Shown in pieces: positions 25,499 through 40,143 of a stretch of 64,000 nucleotides of DNA. Origin of the DNA: Octopus vulgaris (lineage: Eukaryota); assembly GCA_951406725.2 (NCBI GenBank), contig OX597815.1, positions 213,404,001 to 213,468,000 on the forward strand. Reading direction: 5' to 3'. The notes beneath the pieces are model-generated. The model did not search any database, was not told the origin of the DNA, and saw nothing but the letters and a program-made list of their open reading frames with translations. How positions within the stretch are numbered: position 1 is the first letter of the stretch; each line of letters starts with the position of its first letter. The translations under genes and the position numbers were made by a program.

Positions 25499-28400
25499 TA
25501 TATATATCAGGCGACCAAAACAGTGTCATAATACCGTTTACGTTCCTACAGATGTCGACGGTTCAAATTTTTCAGGCATTCTTGATAGCATTTCGAGTTA
25601 TTCCTGTCAGTGTTCCACTCATTAGATTTAATGGCAACTTAGATATACCAGGACTGTATGGTGTCAGTAGGAGAGCATGCAAGTTCCTTCTCAATCATTT
25701 CTGACATTTCCAGCAGTTAGATAAATCAATTAGACAGCTCAGATTTTACAAAATAGATATGACCAAACCACAGCGAATTGGCTCCTGCCTATTTGGATAA
25801 ATCCCCATTAAGTTGGCGGATAGGAATAGTGTAAGCTATTAACAATTTCATATAAGAGACTATGTAGATTATTTGTAAACTGTACGGTCGACTTAGCCAT
25901 GATGTTTATTTAGAAGTGCAATTACTGGCAGCTGGGCGCATCGTTTTCGGGGCAGAAAGCTTACTGGAATCTTTTAATAAAAGTTACTCAAGAAAATTAT
26001 GTCAGTCTTTCACGTTTATAAAAGGTCTGAAAAGGAAAGAAAGACGGTTATGTTTGCTATGAAGTTAAATATAGAAGACAATATAATAGAGTGGGAACTA
26101 GTTAGTAATTTAGAAGAAACTTCTAGAGATAGCAGAACTACTGACAATTGGTAGAAAGAAGTATTGTAGACGGCTTTTTTGGTATTAAGTGGGGAAAAAT
26201 TATATTCTTAGTGCTAAGGCATTTTTACGAAGACTTGAGGAAAATTACTGTTTTTTGGGCTCAGATGGCAGAAGTGCAGCATGGCAACACAGCAACTCTC
26301 ACTCTTTCTTTCTTTCTTTCTTTCTTTTTGTCTGTCTGTCTGTCTCTCTCTCTCTGACATACGCGCATGGTATACAGATATGAAGGACCTCTTGATAAAA
26401 TTTCACCTAGCTGCTCTGCAAAGTGAACATGCTGTCGTCAGTTGAATTTACAGCCTATATCGTCGATTTGCTCTGGTTTTCGATGACTACATCAGAGACG
26501 GAAGAATAATCGGGGCGTATAAAGTGAACGATATCCACCCCAGACTTCTCATCAGTTTACTTTCGGCAAAGTTGATCATCTGCATTTAGTGACTTTCTCG
26601 GAGGAAGTTAGTGTATTATCCTTAGGTATGGGATCGTTATTTCGGAAATCAACATCTCTTGTTACAAGACTGCAAGGAGACCAGTTGCAACAAAGGACAC
26701 TTTACATATAAAAGCCTTTAACCGTTGCCTGACCAAGGAATGACCTTTTTAAAGTAACAACCGCGACAAACGTAAAGCAGAAGCAAATAAGGACTACTAA
26801 GAGCTTTCGAATCGGATGCTGCCCTTTCCATAAAATGTAAAAGAACAAACAAAAAACAAAAATAGCCCCTCCTCCCTCAAAATAAATGAAAACTTTCCAG
26901 ATTAGTAAAATATTCATGAGAGAAGTAAAGTGCAGTGGTCGGGTGTTAGAATACTATTAAAGCGCTATATAAACTCGCTGATGCTATCCGACCTCACAAG
27001 ATGTGGCTCCTCATCTTGGTTTTATCTCGTCCTGGATTTCATCTACTTAGACAGGACTCAAACAATATAACTAGATCTTCAGTTCTAACGGAAAATATTA
27101 GTTGTCATGAACCTACGTATTCAAGAGTTAAGTTGCAAGCTTATCGATTTGTTCAGGTTAGTCTTTGCACTCGTTGTCTAATATTCGCCTATTTCACACA
27201 CACCATCTCAATTTTCGAGAAGTTAATACCACAACCTTTACATGGTTCGCATAGGTAGATATTACAATTATTCCATCTGAAAACGTTAAATTTTTGAAGT
27301 ACAGACTCCAAGACCAATACATACGAAAGCAGAAAAAGCGAACATCTTTGTTGAACCAAAACACGTGATGTGGCCACCTGTTCTGACTATCGGTAAGATA
27401 CCGCTGTACAAAAGAGAGACCCGATGCTTGAAAATGGATCGAAACCAGTTTTCTTTAAGAAAATCACCAGTTTCCGATGGTCTACGCTGTTAAAAGCAAA
27501 CAGTCGAAATATCTTGCATATTTGCTCTGGTTTGTGTATATCACATACTTCTTTCAATCCAAAAGATTAAATTTGTTGCCATCTAAACTGTATTTTTATC
27601 ATCTGAAATCTCAGTGAACTTTCCAAAATATCGACTGTTTACATCAAGACGAGGCTGCTGTTTAGTATGGGGAGAGTTAAAGTCTAGTTAATTGGACGGA
27701 TTCTTATTACATATTTTATTTTTGTTTTATTAATTTCTGTGGAGTGAAAAGCTAAGACGGGTCCGAGAGGGAAGAGTATCAATTCAAAAGCAGAAGAAAT
27801 AAAACAAAATACTATCAAGCACTCAGCTGTTTCAGTCATTCGATTACTACTTATGGTATTTGAAATATTGGAGTAAATATTGATTTGAAGTTCAGCATAA
27901 CTTTTATCCTCGGTCTTGAAACAAATCAAAAATAACGTCGTTCAATTGTCGCTGAAGAGTTCTTCAGTAACAACTGAATGGCGCTGCTTTTGATATGTAA
28001 CAAGACTAAAGTTTTGCAAGGATGGTTTCAAAGAAAGCATTCCAAGTTGAAAGCAATGAAAATGACTTCAGAAATCAAAAAGACACTCGAAACCATTGAC
28101 TTCGTATTCAAATATATTCTTCCCCACCCTCACAAAAGAAATCTTTATTTAATAAGTGTTTACTACGTCTTTTGATTTTCTTCTTTTAGTTCCAGCTTAC
28201 TTCATTGTTTTAAGCTATTAATGACATTATTCACCCCCCACTAATATTTAAAGAACTCATCAGTCGATTTTCGGGGAAACGTGTTCATAGAGCGAACTAT
28301 AGGACTCCTTAGTAACTGCGTCTACGAAATTAGGAATCACTATTTTACAATACTTATTTTGTCCGGAGAGCGGTAGAGATCGAATTAATGTAAACTAGAT

Positions 28401-31339
28401 TTTAAGCTACTGTAATTAGAAGTTCGATTGGTGATATCGAAATGAGAGTGGAAATTAACGAAAATTGTTGATTTTAATATGTGCTGACGCTAACTTTCAG
28501 AGAAAAATTGGTAAAAAGAAAGTAACCGGAGCAGTAGAAATGAGTTAGATATAAAATGTGAGAGAATTGTGTTTTGGAGAGGGAAAAGATGCGTAGCTTG
28601 TGGGTTAAGAAGAAGTATTGAACGGGGGTCTAGGTTGGACCGAAGTGCACGAATGTCCGTAAAGACGGGAAAGAACTGTCGAGCAGAATGATCATCATTC
28701 ATGTCTCATTTTATTTCCCATTTCATTTGATGAAGGGTTTTGCTTGCGCTGAGGAAAGAGAAAAGCGTTAACCAATACTTCTGACTCCTGTAAGTAATCC
28801 AGCTAGATATATACATGACCGTGGGAATCTGTTCTTAGCGGCACCAGTCAACAACTGGTGGGAATGGTGGGAATGGGAATGATACGGAGTTATACACCAG
28901 CTGAAAGAAAATAATTCCGAGCCGTTATTCACGGAGCGAAACCCTCTGTTCTATTTGACGTTGGGGCTCTACTGGGAGACCTTTCCCTCCTCCGACACAC
29001 AATATCAGTGCATCAAGAGGATCGAATTATTCATAAGAAGCCTGGTTCAAGTGCTTGCAACAGAGTAAATTCCAGGTTAAATTTAAGCAGGTATGTGCTG
29101 GAGTTATTCCTATTAAACCGTCTACTCAAGAAGGCTTGTGATGTTTTATGGTTCCATCGTTCGGGAGATTATCTTACTGGACTTATAAACCCCTCTACCC
29201 GGCATTGATTATTTATAGTTTGCAGCAACCAGCTGTTTGTTGCTTTCACTGTTGCTATAGAAGCCAAGTTCCGATCAAACGATGCTCTGAGGTTGACTGC
29301 AAGCTTACTAAACTGCCAATAGAGTAAGTATTCAGAGCTAAATAGGAAAGAGTGAAGAAAAGAGAGCCAAATGAAAGGGTGTTAAAGAGATAGTAGAAGG
29401 GAAGCTAGGAGTTAAGATAGAATTAGATAATCATAATACATTTTAGAGAACAAAGCTATTTAGGTTACACAGAATATTTGAAACTTCATTATCTCCATTC
29501 GATGACTTTCTGGTTTGGATTTCAACAAATGGTTTATCTGCTGCATTTTGATTAATAAAAATTCTATCTTGAATCTATGTCTATAAGTGGCTTTTGGTTT
29601 TCCTTTTCATACCAGATTAGCAGAATATACATAGCGAAGGAAAATAAACCATGCACAAAATGTTGACTGATAGAAGTATTTAAGTTGTTTAAAGAAAAAT
29701 CTCAGGGGTGTAGCGTGGATTGTTCGGGTTGTGAGAACCGCATTGAACGGCAACTTTATATATATATATATATGTATGTTTGATGTATTCAGAGGTATGT
29801 TATATTTAAGAAAGGGGGCTACCATATAGGGAGGATAAAATCCACGCTATGCCACTATAAGATATAGTTATATAACGCCATCGCCTGGTGTTGCACGGCG
29901 TCCATGACATTCTAAAGAGCAATAACGAAACCATTGAAGCGAATTGATTTCGTTCGGTAAAAAAAAAAAAAAGACATTGCCCCACAGAAACTTATCGTTT
30001 GTGCCACGGTGCCAACCGCCGAAGCATTGTGTATATTAATGAACAGTTCGTTGATATGCGAGTGCTATTTTCAAGTCTTCCAATAAGCTTTGTACAATGC
30101 AGATGGCTGAATGGATAGTGTATTCACCAACTGATCAATATGTCTAGTTCTGAGTTATGTGGCTAAAATACGAGTCCACCTAGTTCGAATAAGATATCCC
30201 AAATGGTATCATACATAGCTATAGAGCAGCTTGAGTACAGTTCATTTTACTAGTGATTCGCTGGTTAATAATTCCAAATTTATCTTACTCTAGGAAAAGA
30301 ACTACCTTAGACAAACTAGCTTCGTAATCTGATAACGAGCTAACTCATCCGTTTCTCGCCAAGAGAATCGGAGATAGGCAAAGCTCCATGGATACCTATG
30401 ATTCACAAAATAATTAGCTTTTAAATGTGAGTCTGGGTCATGATAACAAAACTCATGCCGCCATTTATTTGGCCAAATTTATCTTCCTCAACAATGTGAT
30501 CACAATAGGAACGAATCTAAAAGAAATCCGAAAACTTGTCCAATTGTATTTTTTTAAACAATAAATGTGTTAGTATATGAATAAAATACTCATGAATGTG
30601 GTAGGAACAGAGATATCTAAAATAACTGTTCAGTAAAGAAAATAGCAATCCAGTTTCAAAAATTGGCAGACGATGTGAAGTAGCGGTTTGCTTCCTTCTC
30701 ATAATGCGAATCTTAGCCAGTTTTTAGATAGACTATAGTAGTTATGTGGTAGAAAGAGTAGTCAAAACTTCCTCAATTTGCATCTTACCGTTAAAATCGA
30801 AAAGAAAAATGATAATTTGGGCAGTGTCGACCTAAATACACAACAGACGTGGTGGTCTCGGTTGGAACGTTTGTGATTATTAGATTTGCTGAATTAGGAT
30901 TTACCTGGGAAGAAACAACGACTTCCCTTTTGTATCATTAATATCTTTGAAATATGGAAAACGAATGTTACATCTTACTGTTCATTTTACTTGCTTTAGC
31001 CATTCGCTCCTATGGAATATAAACCGTTGACAACTTTATTTCACCGTTCACGACTCTGGGATGTCTTTTCTCAGAGAGAAAGCCTTTCAATTGTTATCGA
31101 TGTTTTTGTAACTTCACTTCTTTCTTGGTAGGGGTATTAGCTTTACACAAATCTATATTTATCTGTGGAAAGAGGTGGTCCATATTAGTCTGGTCTCTAT
31201 CCTTTGACCTGTACAGTATTGAAGATCCTACTAAGAGCTTGCGTTCCTCTAGAGAGCTCTCAGGGTAATTAAAGCACACAAGTCACCATGATGCAAAAAG
31301 GACTGAACCTTGTGGTGGAACTATTCATTTACCTTACTC

Positions 31340-31621
31340 TAAATTCGCTTCGTGGAGGCGCGTGGCTTAGTGGTTAGGGTGTCAGTATCATGATCATAAG
31401 ATTGTGGTTTCGATTCCTGGACCGGGCGACGCGTTGTGTTCTTGAGAAAAACACTTCATTTCACGTTGATCCAGTCCACTCAGCTGGCAAAAATGAGTAA
31501 CGCTGCGATGGACTGGCGTCCCGTCCAGCTGGGGAACACATACGCCATAGAAACCGGGAAACCAGGTCCATGAGTCTGCCTAGGTTTTAAAAGGGCACAT
31601 TTATTTTATTTTAAATTCGCT
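31340..31621 (+). mobile_element. SINE family C with a 10-bp TSD
   Basis: TAAATTCGCT at 31340-31349 and 31612-31621; tRNA-like A box TGGCTTAGTGG and B box GGTTTCGATTCC; (ATTTT)n tail. Confidence 0.9.
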
Positions 31622-31936
31622 ACAAGATCTAAATTCGCGGTCAACAACACAATGAAAGAGGTGAAAATAGATTCCACAGTGTTATTTGCTTTAGTTATGC
31701 CATATCAAGAGAAACGTCTTAAGCGGTGTCCCAGGGGATGTGACATGAAACCGTGGCTCATTTTCGATATACATACAACAAGCTAATTTTGAACTACCAT
31801 GTATACTCTCTCTTTCACTCACACACACACACACACACACTCCTCCTCCTCCTCTGTCGTTCCATTCCTCAACTTTAGTGGTAGAACTAATTTTGACATT
31901 ACAGAGTCACTCAAAACCTTACAGCTACGTGTAGTC

Positions 31937-32397
31937 GGTATTTAACATTTCTGACTTCAAGGCGACGAGCTGGCAGAAACGTTAGCACGACGGGAGAAAT
32001 GCTTAGCGGTATTTCGTCTGCCGTTACGTTCTGAGTTCAAATTCCGCCGGGGTTGACTCTGCCTTTCATCCTTTCGGGGTCGATAAATTATGTAACAGTT
32101 ACGCACTGGGTTGATGTAATCGACTTAATCCGTTTGTCTGTCCTTGTTTGTCCCCTCTGTGTTTAGCCCCTCGTGGGTAGTAAAGAAATAGGTATTTCGT
32201 CTACCGCTACGTTCTGAGTTCAAATTCCGCCGAGGTCGATTTTGCCTTTTATCCTTTCGGGGTCGATTAAATAAGTACCAGTTACACACTGGGTCGATAT
32301 AATCGACTTAATCTGTTTGTCTGTCCTTGTTTGTCCCCTCTGTGTTTAGCCCCTTGTGGGTAGTAAAGAAATAGGTATTTAACATTTCTGACTTCAA
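31937..32397 (+). mobile_element. Dimeric SINE family B with a 24-bp TSD
   Basis: GGTATTTAACATTTCTGACTTCAA at 31937-31960 and 32374-32397. Confidence 0.9.
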
Positions 32398-32825
32398 ATC
32401 TGAACTGTGAAATTAGTTCTCGTTTGTTCAGTATCAATAAAATAAAGCTCTGCAATAATTCATTGGGACTCACGTGAGCATAGCTCTCTCTCCACTCACT
32501 CTCTTTGTTTCTCACAGACAAAAAGAACCCCTTGAATCTTACCAACAATAAAAGCTATCTCCATGACAACTGTTCCTATTTTTTCAACTGCTTGTGTTGC
32601 TATTTGATTTACACAGTAAGCCAGCCAGTTTGAAAGAGACGTTGAAAAGTAACAGGTAAAGGGTTTCCGACAATGATTGCATTGTTCAAATAATTTGCGT
32701 TACGAAGTTTGAGACAGATTTATTTATAGTTTGCCTTCAACAATCTGTTGTAGACTTGCTTCGCTCTTTCTTGCTAGAAAGAGCCCTGCCTTGCTAACTT
32801 AGTAATACTTTTACCAAAAACAAAT

Positions 32826-32846
32826 CTCTCTCTCTCTCTCTCTGTG

Positions 32847-32913
<67 letters not shown>

Positions 32914-32949
32914 GTCTGTCTGTCTGTCTGTCAGTCTGTCTGTCTGTCA

Positions 32950-32985
<36 letters not shown>

Positions 32986-33130
32986 GCCTGCCTGTCTATC
33001 TATCTGTCTCTCTCTCTCTCTCTCTATACACACAGGCACTCCCTCTCACACCTACATGAATGTATGTATGTATGTATGTATGTATGTATGTATGTATGTA
33101 TGTATGTATGTATGTATGTATGTGTGTGTG
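32826..33130. repeat. Compound microsatellite (TC)n/(TCTA)n/(TCTG)n/(TATG)n
   Basis: Direct inspection; similar compound tracts at 33590-33890 and 34337-34595. Confidence 0.95.
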
Positions 33131-33629
33131 TAATATGAATATCATATGTATGTATGCATGTGAGGGTGCCCTACCTATTGTCACTGCATCCTTCTACGTG
33201 AGGGACGCTCTCATGTGAAACCAGCGGCTCCAAGCGATAACTTGTCAGCTTGCTTCGGCCGGTTACTGGATACTAACCACAGAGGCTCAGAGACTTGTAC
33301 AACTCGTGTTGTCCAAGCGTTTATTACTATAATCCAATGACGTACAGATGTCTCTCTATGGTGGACCTCATTTGTTATTCCATCAACTGAAAGTCTTTCG
33401 ACGATGGAAAGGTTACAACGTGTGCAGGCGTAACCAGCTGCAAGCGCACAGTAGGCGATAACTTTCGTCTATTACCTGTACTTCAAACTAAGCAGATCTA
33501 CAACGGACTGAATAGCCATTTGAGAGTTCATGGACGGAGAGTCAGAAATGGCATTGACGACAACGAAGTAGAAGAACATGACAATCGTCTGTCTGTCTGT
33601 TTATCTATTTCTCTCTCTCTCTCTCTCTC

Positions 33630-33666
<37 letters not shown>

Positions 33667-33753
33667 ATAGATGGATAGATAGATAGATGTGTGTGTTTAT
33701 ATGTATATAGACACACACATAGACATATAGACATATAGACACACACATCTATA

Positions 33754-33891
<138 letters not shown>

Positions 33892-34111
33892 TGTGTGTGT
33901 CTATATGTGTATGTATATATGGAGAGAGAGAAAGAGGAAGGAGAGAAAGAGAGGGAGTGTAATCTGTGTATCTTATTTAATGTGAATATATTATACGAAA
34001 GCCACAGCACTGCGGTATTGGACTTGAAGAAGCATCTCGTATAGACGTATTGTCCTAAAAGGCACAGAAGTATCAGTAGCAGATGAAAAACGTCCAGAGC
34101 GGTACTGGAAT

Positions 34112-34155
34112 TGCTAGATCTGGGATTTCTGCATATTTGCGTCTCATCAGTAGCA
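34112..34155 (-). ncRNA. Type I hammerhead ribozyme motif (atypical stem II)
   Basis: TGCTA-CTGATGA-GACGCAAATATGCA-GAAA-TCCCAGA-TC-TAGCA: stem I 5 bp, stem III ATC/GAT, AUC cleavage triplet; degenerate inverted copy at 34235-34278. Confidence 0.6.
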
Positions 34156-35465
34156 CGCATTCACTATCAGTGCACGATTAGACAAATTTCGTAACAAGTC
34201 ACTGGCGTTACATATAGCTAGCGGGCTGGATACCTGCTACCGATAACACACCAATACGCAGAAATCCCGGATATAGCAACTCCACAACTACTGCTAGACG
34301 CTTGGAAGGAAAAAAGTTCAAAGGTTACCGGTGGGACATACATACATACATACATACATACATACATACATACATACATACATACATACATACATACATA
34401 CATACATACATACATACATACGTACATACATACATACATACATACATACGTACATGCATACATACAAACATACATACATACATACATACATACATACATA
34501 CATACATACGTACATACAAACATACATACATACATACATACATACATACATACATTCATACATACGTACATACATACATACATACATACGTACGTACGAG
34601 TTTATATGTGTATGTATTATATAGTGTTAGTACAATAAAACAATAAACATTATGAACAACATGAGAAGAACAGTCATTGATAAATATGGTATTAGTTCCA
34701 CACACTCTTGCAGAACTGAGGCGATATTGAATAAATGAAGAACCTATTTGTCACTGTTCATACGAATATTTTATCATTCAACACTTTTGATTGGATTGTT
34801 CAGCTAATAGTGTTATGAAGATTGACTCATAGATTAGCTTTTGTTACACAACTGGATTCTGATCTCCTCTCCCAATTATAATTGTCAATTTGGCCGAGTG
34901 GGATTAGTTGAATATAATATCTTATTCAATACAAATATATAAAAGTACAATGTGAATCTCTCAAATTTCATGGATATTAAGTTATGAGATCTGATATATT
35001 GCAATACCAGACAAACCAGTCCTGAAATATTTTGAATTGTTGAAGTTATTATGATTGAGTTCCATAACGGATTGGGTATGTGGTGACAACATATTTTATC
35101 GTAACAAGTAAGTGTGTAGATTTAGAAAAAAAATTATATCTCATTTGGTGAGCAATAATAATTGTTTGGTGACAGTCGTCTAGCATTGCAATCATTGGCT
35201 CATTGCACTATGACAGAAAATGACTAAGGATTGTCTGTGGCGCCCAAGCAGAAAGAAAGAGAGATACTACCCAAAAGCTATTTTTGATCTTTTGGCTGTT
35301 TTTATAAAGAGCTAAGATGTTATTCGGTATTTTTTCCGGCTCTTTATATCCTGGTTTCAAATCCGGTCGAAGTCTGCTTTATCTTTCACCCTTTCGAATT
35401 TAATAAAACATTCAGCTACTTTTAGCTTCGTTCCTAAATCAGACACCAATTCAGAGCTATGATGT

Positions 35466-35503
<38 letters not shown>

Positions 35504-35592
35504 TTTACTATGCACACACACAAGAAGTGATATATATATATACATTTATACATATGTACATAATACAAACTTATCTCTCTGTCTCTCTTTCT

Positions 35593-35639
<47 letters not shown>

Positions 35640-35808
35640 TAGTGATGCAGATAAACGTGATTATGATCGATATATAAATATACAAACATGTACACATATA
35701 AATATATATATAGTGAGAGGTGTATATAAATACAAAAACTAAATATACCCAGAAGATAAACCCATATACAGAAGTATATATATATATATATATATATAAT
35801 CATATACA

Positions 35809-35950
35809 TAATTTACATGATAAGGGCAGAAGAAAAATTCTAATGCCCTTATCTTGTAAATTATTTATAAATTTAACCTTTAAAGGTATTTTTTGATATG
35901 CTGGCCATTGATAAAATTTTTTTCCCGATTAAAATTTTATCCTACATTAG
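35809..35950. mobile_element. Foldback fragment of the 53383-53882 element family
   Basis: 20-bp inverted arms in 35809-35863; 35864-35950 is the reverse-complement homologue of ~53391-53475. Confidence 0.75.
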
Positions 35951-35970
35951 TTATATATAAATATATATAC

Positions 35971-36090
35971 TGATAAATAAATTTGCTTTTACGTAGAGTA
36001 TAAAAATACTAAGATGTGAGTGTATAGTTTGCACTCTCCCCCTTGTTTTCTGTATTTTTATACTCCATGTAAAAGCAAATTTATTTATCA
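35971..36090. repeat. Inverted repeat (39-bp arms), MITE/pLTR-like
   Basis: TGATAAATAAATTTGCTTTTACGTAGAGTATAAAAATAC pairs with GTATTTTTATACTCCATGTAAAAGCAAATTTATTTATCA. Confidence 0.85.
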
Positions 36091-36431
36091 ATACGCATAA
36101 TTATCTATATACTTGTACATATGTGTTTATCTTCTGGATCGCGTTTATCAGCATCCACTATCTGCATATCAGCTCACTTGGATTTCTTTTATAGCCACTC
36201 AAAACACCGTGGACCTAGTCTGCGATAAAGACTTCAGAGTTTAAGTTCAAATCATTTGAGCACTACGTTGAGCATTGCATGAAGGTGCCAGACATGTTAT
36301 AAAATGTTCTCTTCATCGTTTTCATTGGATGAAACTATTTATAGCCCATAACGATATATATTGTGTTCATTAAACAATAATTAATAATGGAGTATTTTTT
36401 TGCTGATCTTACCTTCACAGAAATACATACT

Positions 36432-36465
<34 letters not shown>

Positions 36466-36518
36466 GCATTCATGCATACATACATACACACACATACACA
36501 CACACACATACACACACA

Positions 36519-36592
<74 letters not shown>

Positions 36593-39299
36593 CTACATAT
36601 GTGGGAAATTCTGTCTGTGGTTGTGTTTGTGGAGTTGTTAGCTAACTCCTCCTACATTGTTTTAACAATTTTGATGAAACTTGACATGTGAGTAGAAATC
36701 ATGTCTGGAAACCTCATGGCATACTCAGATTATTGAAAAAAGTTGATAACAGAGCCCCTTCTCTCTCTCTCTCTTTCACACACACATCCATTTCATATGC
36801 ACGTACATACATCTTTCACTTTCTCCTCTCGTTCACTTTAAAACAACAGTAAATAAATAAAAAAACTTTTACGGAAATTAACGACGATAAAATCACTTTC
36901 AGCTAAAAATATTTCTGGATGATTAAAATACTGTGTACGTCAAAAATTGTGTGTGTATGTCACAGATAGTGGGCGTGTTTTTGTGTTGATTGACACGCCA
37001 CGACATTTATTACGTGTGTGTGTATTCTGTATGTGTGTATGTGTGTTGACGTCAAGGAAGCCATGTCTTTTTTCGTCAAGAAATAACGAACAAAAATTGT
37101 GTTTAATCGTTTAAATAGAGGTACAAATATGACAAAAATGTGTACTGCACTGCCGAAGGTAAGTATGAAAATAAATATGCAAAAAGAAAATAATAATAAA
37201 TTAAGATAGAATATACTGTTTCTGAGATATTTCGGCTACACACAAACATTTCTAGAGTTTTAGTATTATTGAGATGCGCACACGATACAACGACCACGTC
37301 ATTTACTCGCCGGTGCCCGCCATCCTTCATCAATCTTGACAATGACAAATTAAGTAGAACCACCATTACGTGTACAACAACAACAACCCCCTTTATTGAC
37401 TTAACCTTAAAAAATGGCTCCCACGTTAGCTCAGCCATCTTTGAATCACAATGTAGTGACATGGCTTCTCAGCTCATACACTCGGGCTACTTATACAAAC
37501 GCAAGTGTATATGAAAAGAGTTCTTAATCATACGGACAAATGAATTCTGAAAGATGAACACCAAGACAACCCATCTAGAAGAGCAGGGACCCAGAATAAA
37601 AATGGGAACAAAAAAGCGGGGACATTTGATGGGAATTATCACTGTCACTTTTGGTAGTAACTGTAACTAACAACCCTCCCAGAATATCACAGAAACAAAC
37701 GATTATTCGAGTGGCTCGAGAATGGGGATAATGGTTTGTCACCTTTATCCCAATCCTTATATCTACAGAATTTTGTCATATGTCGAGGAAAGCGGAATCT
37801 CTGAGTAAGTTATTCAGGGCAGAGAGGACTCGTTAGTCGCTTCACAGAGAAACTCTCTAATGTTGATGGCACAATTAAATACTCCTAATTTACATTGTAT
37901 GTTGATTTTGTGATAGAAAAGGCATCCGACTTTTAACACCATGCCGAATGAATGAATATATAAATAAATAAATAAATATAAGAGCGAAAGAACAGCAGCA
38001 GCATAGAATAGAGGGAACACTTTAGTCTTGTCGGAGAGAACCTCTCTGGGGCCGGTGGCTTAATAAATAATATACACTGTGTGTGCTGTCAAGTGGTTTG
38101 TTACAGGAAGGACCTCCAGCTGTAAAATCTATATAAAAAACAAAACAGGATATCCGGTGTGCGCCAGACGCTCAATGATTATTACGAGTGTCCGACCCAT
38201 GATTGTAAACGAACACAAAATGAAGTAATGTTTGTCGGTTCGTACAGAATAGCCATGTTGAAGTGGCGACAAACATTACATCTGAGTACAGTTGCTTATG
38301 TCATCTCTTATAGAAGTGAAAGTCGTAACTACTTTGCTTGAACATAGAATGATGGTGACGATAATAAATACGACGATAACGAAGATGTGTATAAGATAAT
38401 GGATAATGACGTATGACAGCGTAGAATGTGCTTTAAAAACGCAGAAAATATGAACTAAATTGTAATAATGTAAATAAGCGAGGTAAATGTTTTACAAGTT
38501 TTCTTCCAACTGATGTAAAATGTCTTTTCTAAATAGAAGATAGTTTTGATTGAACTTGGCATCTAATTACGGCTTTAGTAACACAGACACAACACATACA
38601 AACACAGCATACATTGCACACACATATACACCACACGTAACACATGATACAACAGTCCAAAATAATATGAATAAAAAGAAATTCATATTCAAGAAACATA
38701 TGGAGAAATTTCATGTTGGTAAAGAAAATAACCCACCAAAATTTGTCAACTGTCAAAATAAGTTATCTATTATAGCAATCACGTGGATGTTAGACAAGCA
38801 CAACGTTGGTTTTAAAATACCATTTGCTATTTAAAAGGGCATTAAGGCATAATTTGCCTTAATTAGAAGAAAGCATATCAGTGGCTCATTTAGTCAGAGA
38901 ACTAATGAGAGATAACAGACGAGCTTTATCACTGTAAAATAATTCCAGTAATTTAACACATGCTGTTATATTTGCACTATTTTCACATCGAATGTATCAG
39001 AACTTTGTTTTCATAAACGAAAGCATATACGGACACATTTGAGAATTTTGTATAAGGTTGACATTAAAAAAAAAGTAAAAACAAAAACAAATGAATAAAG
39101 GAATGGTTTTAATAGCCGAGATTTACTCGATTAAGGTGTTACGACATCTTTTGCAAAAAGCGATTTTACATGAAATATCGTATACAAAATAAGAACAAAT
39201 TGTTAAAATACCAGTGTTTACAAAATGAAGAATATGCTGACTGGTTTAATATGAAAATGTATTTTCCAAGAATAAGGACCTGAGCGGGAATATGATGAT

Positions 39300-39580
39300 A
39301 TGATAGTAATCTCGATTCTGTAATGCCTTGCTGAGGAACAAGCCTGCACAAATGACTTGCTTGTAGTGATCAAATGCATGTGTTGTACATTAGGTCACTC
39401 CCTCCATCAAACCGACGTTGCACGAACAATTAAACGGTGTGCTACAAGTCAGGTGTCGAAGTGATCGCTGAGCAACGTAAGATGGTGTGTTTCGCTCAAG
39501 AACTCAACGTCCCGCCCTGTCCAGGAATTGAAACTACAATCTCCCGATCGTGAGTGCAACACCCTAACCACCGGGCCATA
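39300..39580 (-). mobile_element. SINE family C-related, diverged
   Basis: Minus-strand head TGGCCCGGTGGTTAGGGTGTTGCACTCACGATCGG...GTTTCAATTCC. Confidence 0.7.
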
Positions 39581-39807
39581 GGAATATAATATTAACAAAG
39601 GATATATTCGTTACGCACACCCACAGACACGCACGCGCGCCATCAGCCGGGAGCCAAGTACCCTCCATGTTTTTAGGATTTGACTTGGCAAGACTTTCCA
39701 GTTCCCTGTTTTGCTCGGCCAGCTCCTCTTTCCAGTTTATTCTTTGATGTCAGTCCATAAAGGACTTTGAGACGGCCTCTTACCCTCTTTCTCTATACGC
39801 TTCCTAA

Positions 39808-40022
39808 TATATTCCTTTACTACCCACAAGGGGCTAAACACAGAGGGGACAAACAAGGACAGACAAACGGCTTAAGTCGATTACATCGACCCCAGTGCGT
39901 AACTGGTACTTAATTTATCAACCCCGAAAGGATGAAAGGCAAAGTCGACCTCGGCGGAATTTGAACCCAGAACGTAGCGACAGAAAAAATACGGCTACAC
40001 ATTTCGCCCGGTGTGCTATCGT
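39808..40022 (-). mobile_element. SINE family B
   Basis: Family consensus. Confidence 0.88.
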
Positions 40023-40087
40023 TTCTGCCAGTTCGCCGCCTTAACCCAGCTCGCCAGGAAGGTCATGAGCAGTGACACGTGCAACAT

Positions 40088-40143
<56 letters not shown>

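Noticed and set aside
26545-26570. CTGATGA and CGAAA close together on the minus strand
   Set aside because: Too little sequence between the motifs for stems I/III and no NUH triplet
31352-31425. tRNA-like A/B boxes
   Set aside because: These are SINE heads continuing into SINE bodies with TSDs, not tRNA genes
37046-37055. Perfect CRE palindrome TTGACGTCAA
   Set aside because: An isolated motif with no supporting promoter context; plausible by chance in 64 kb
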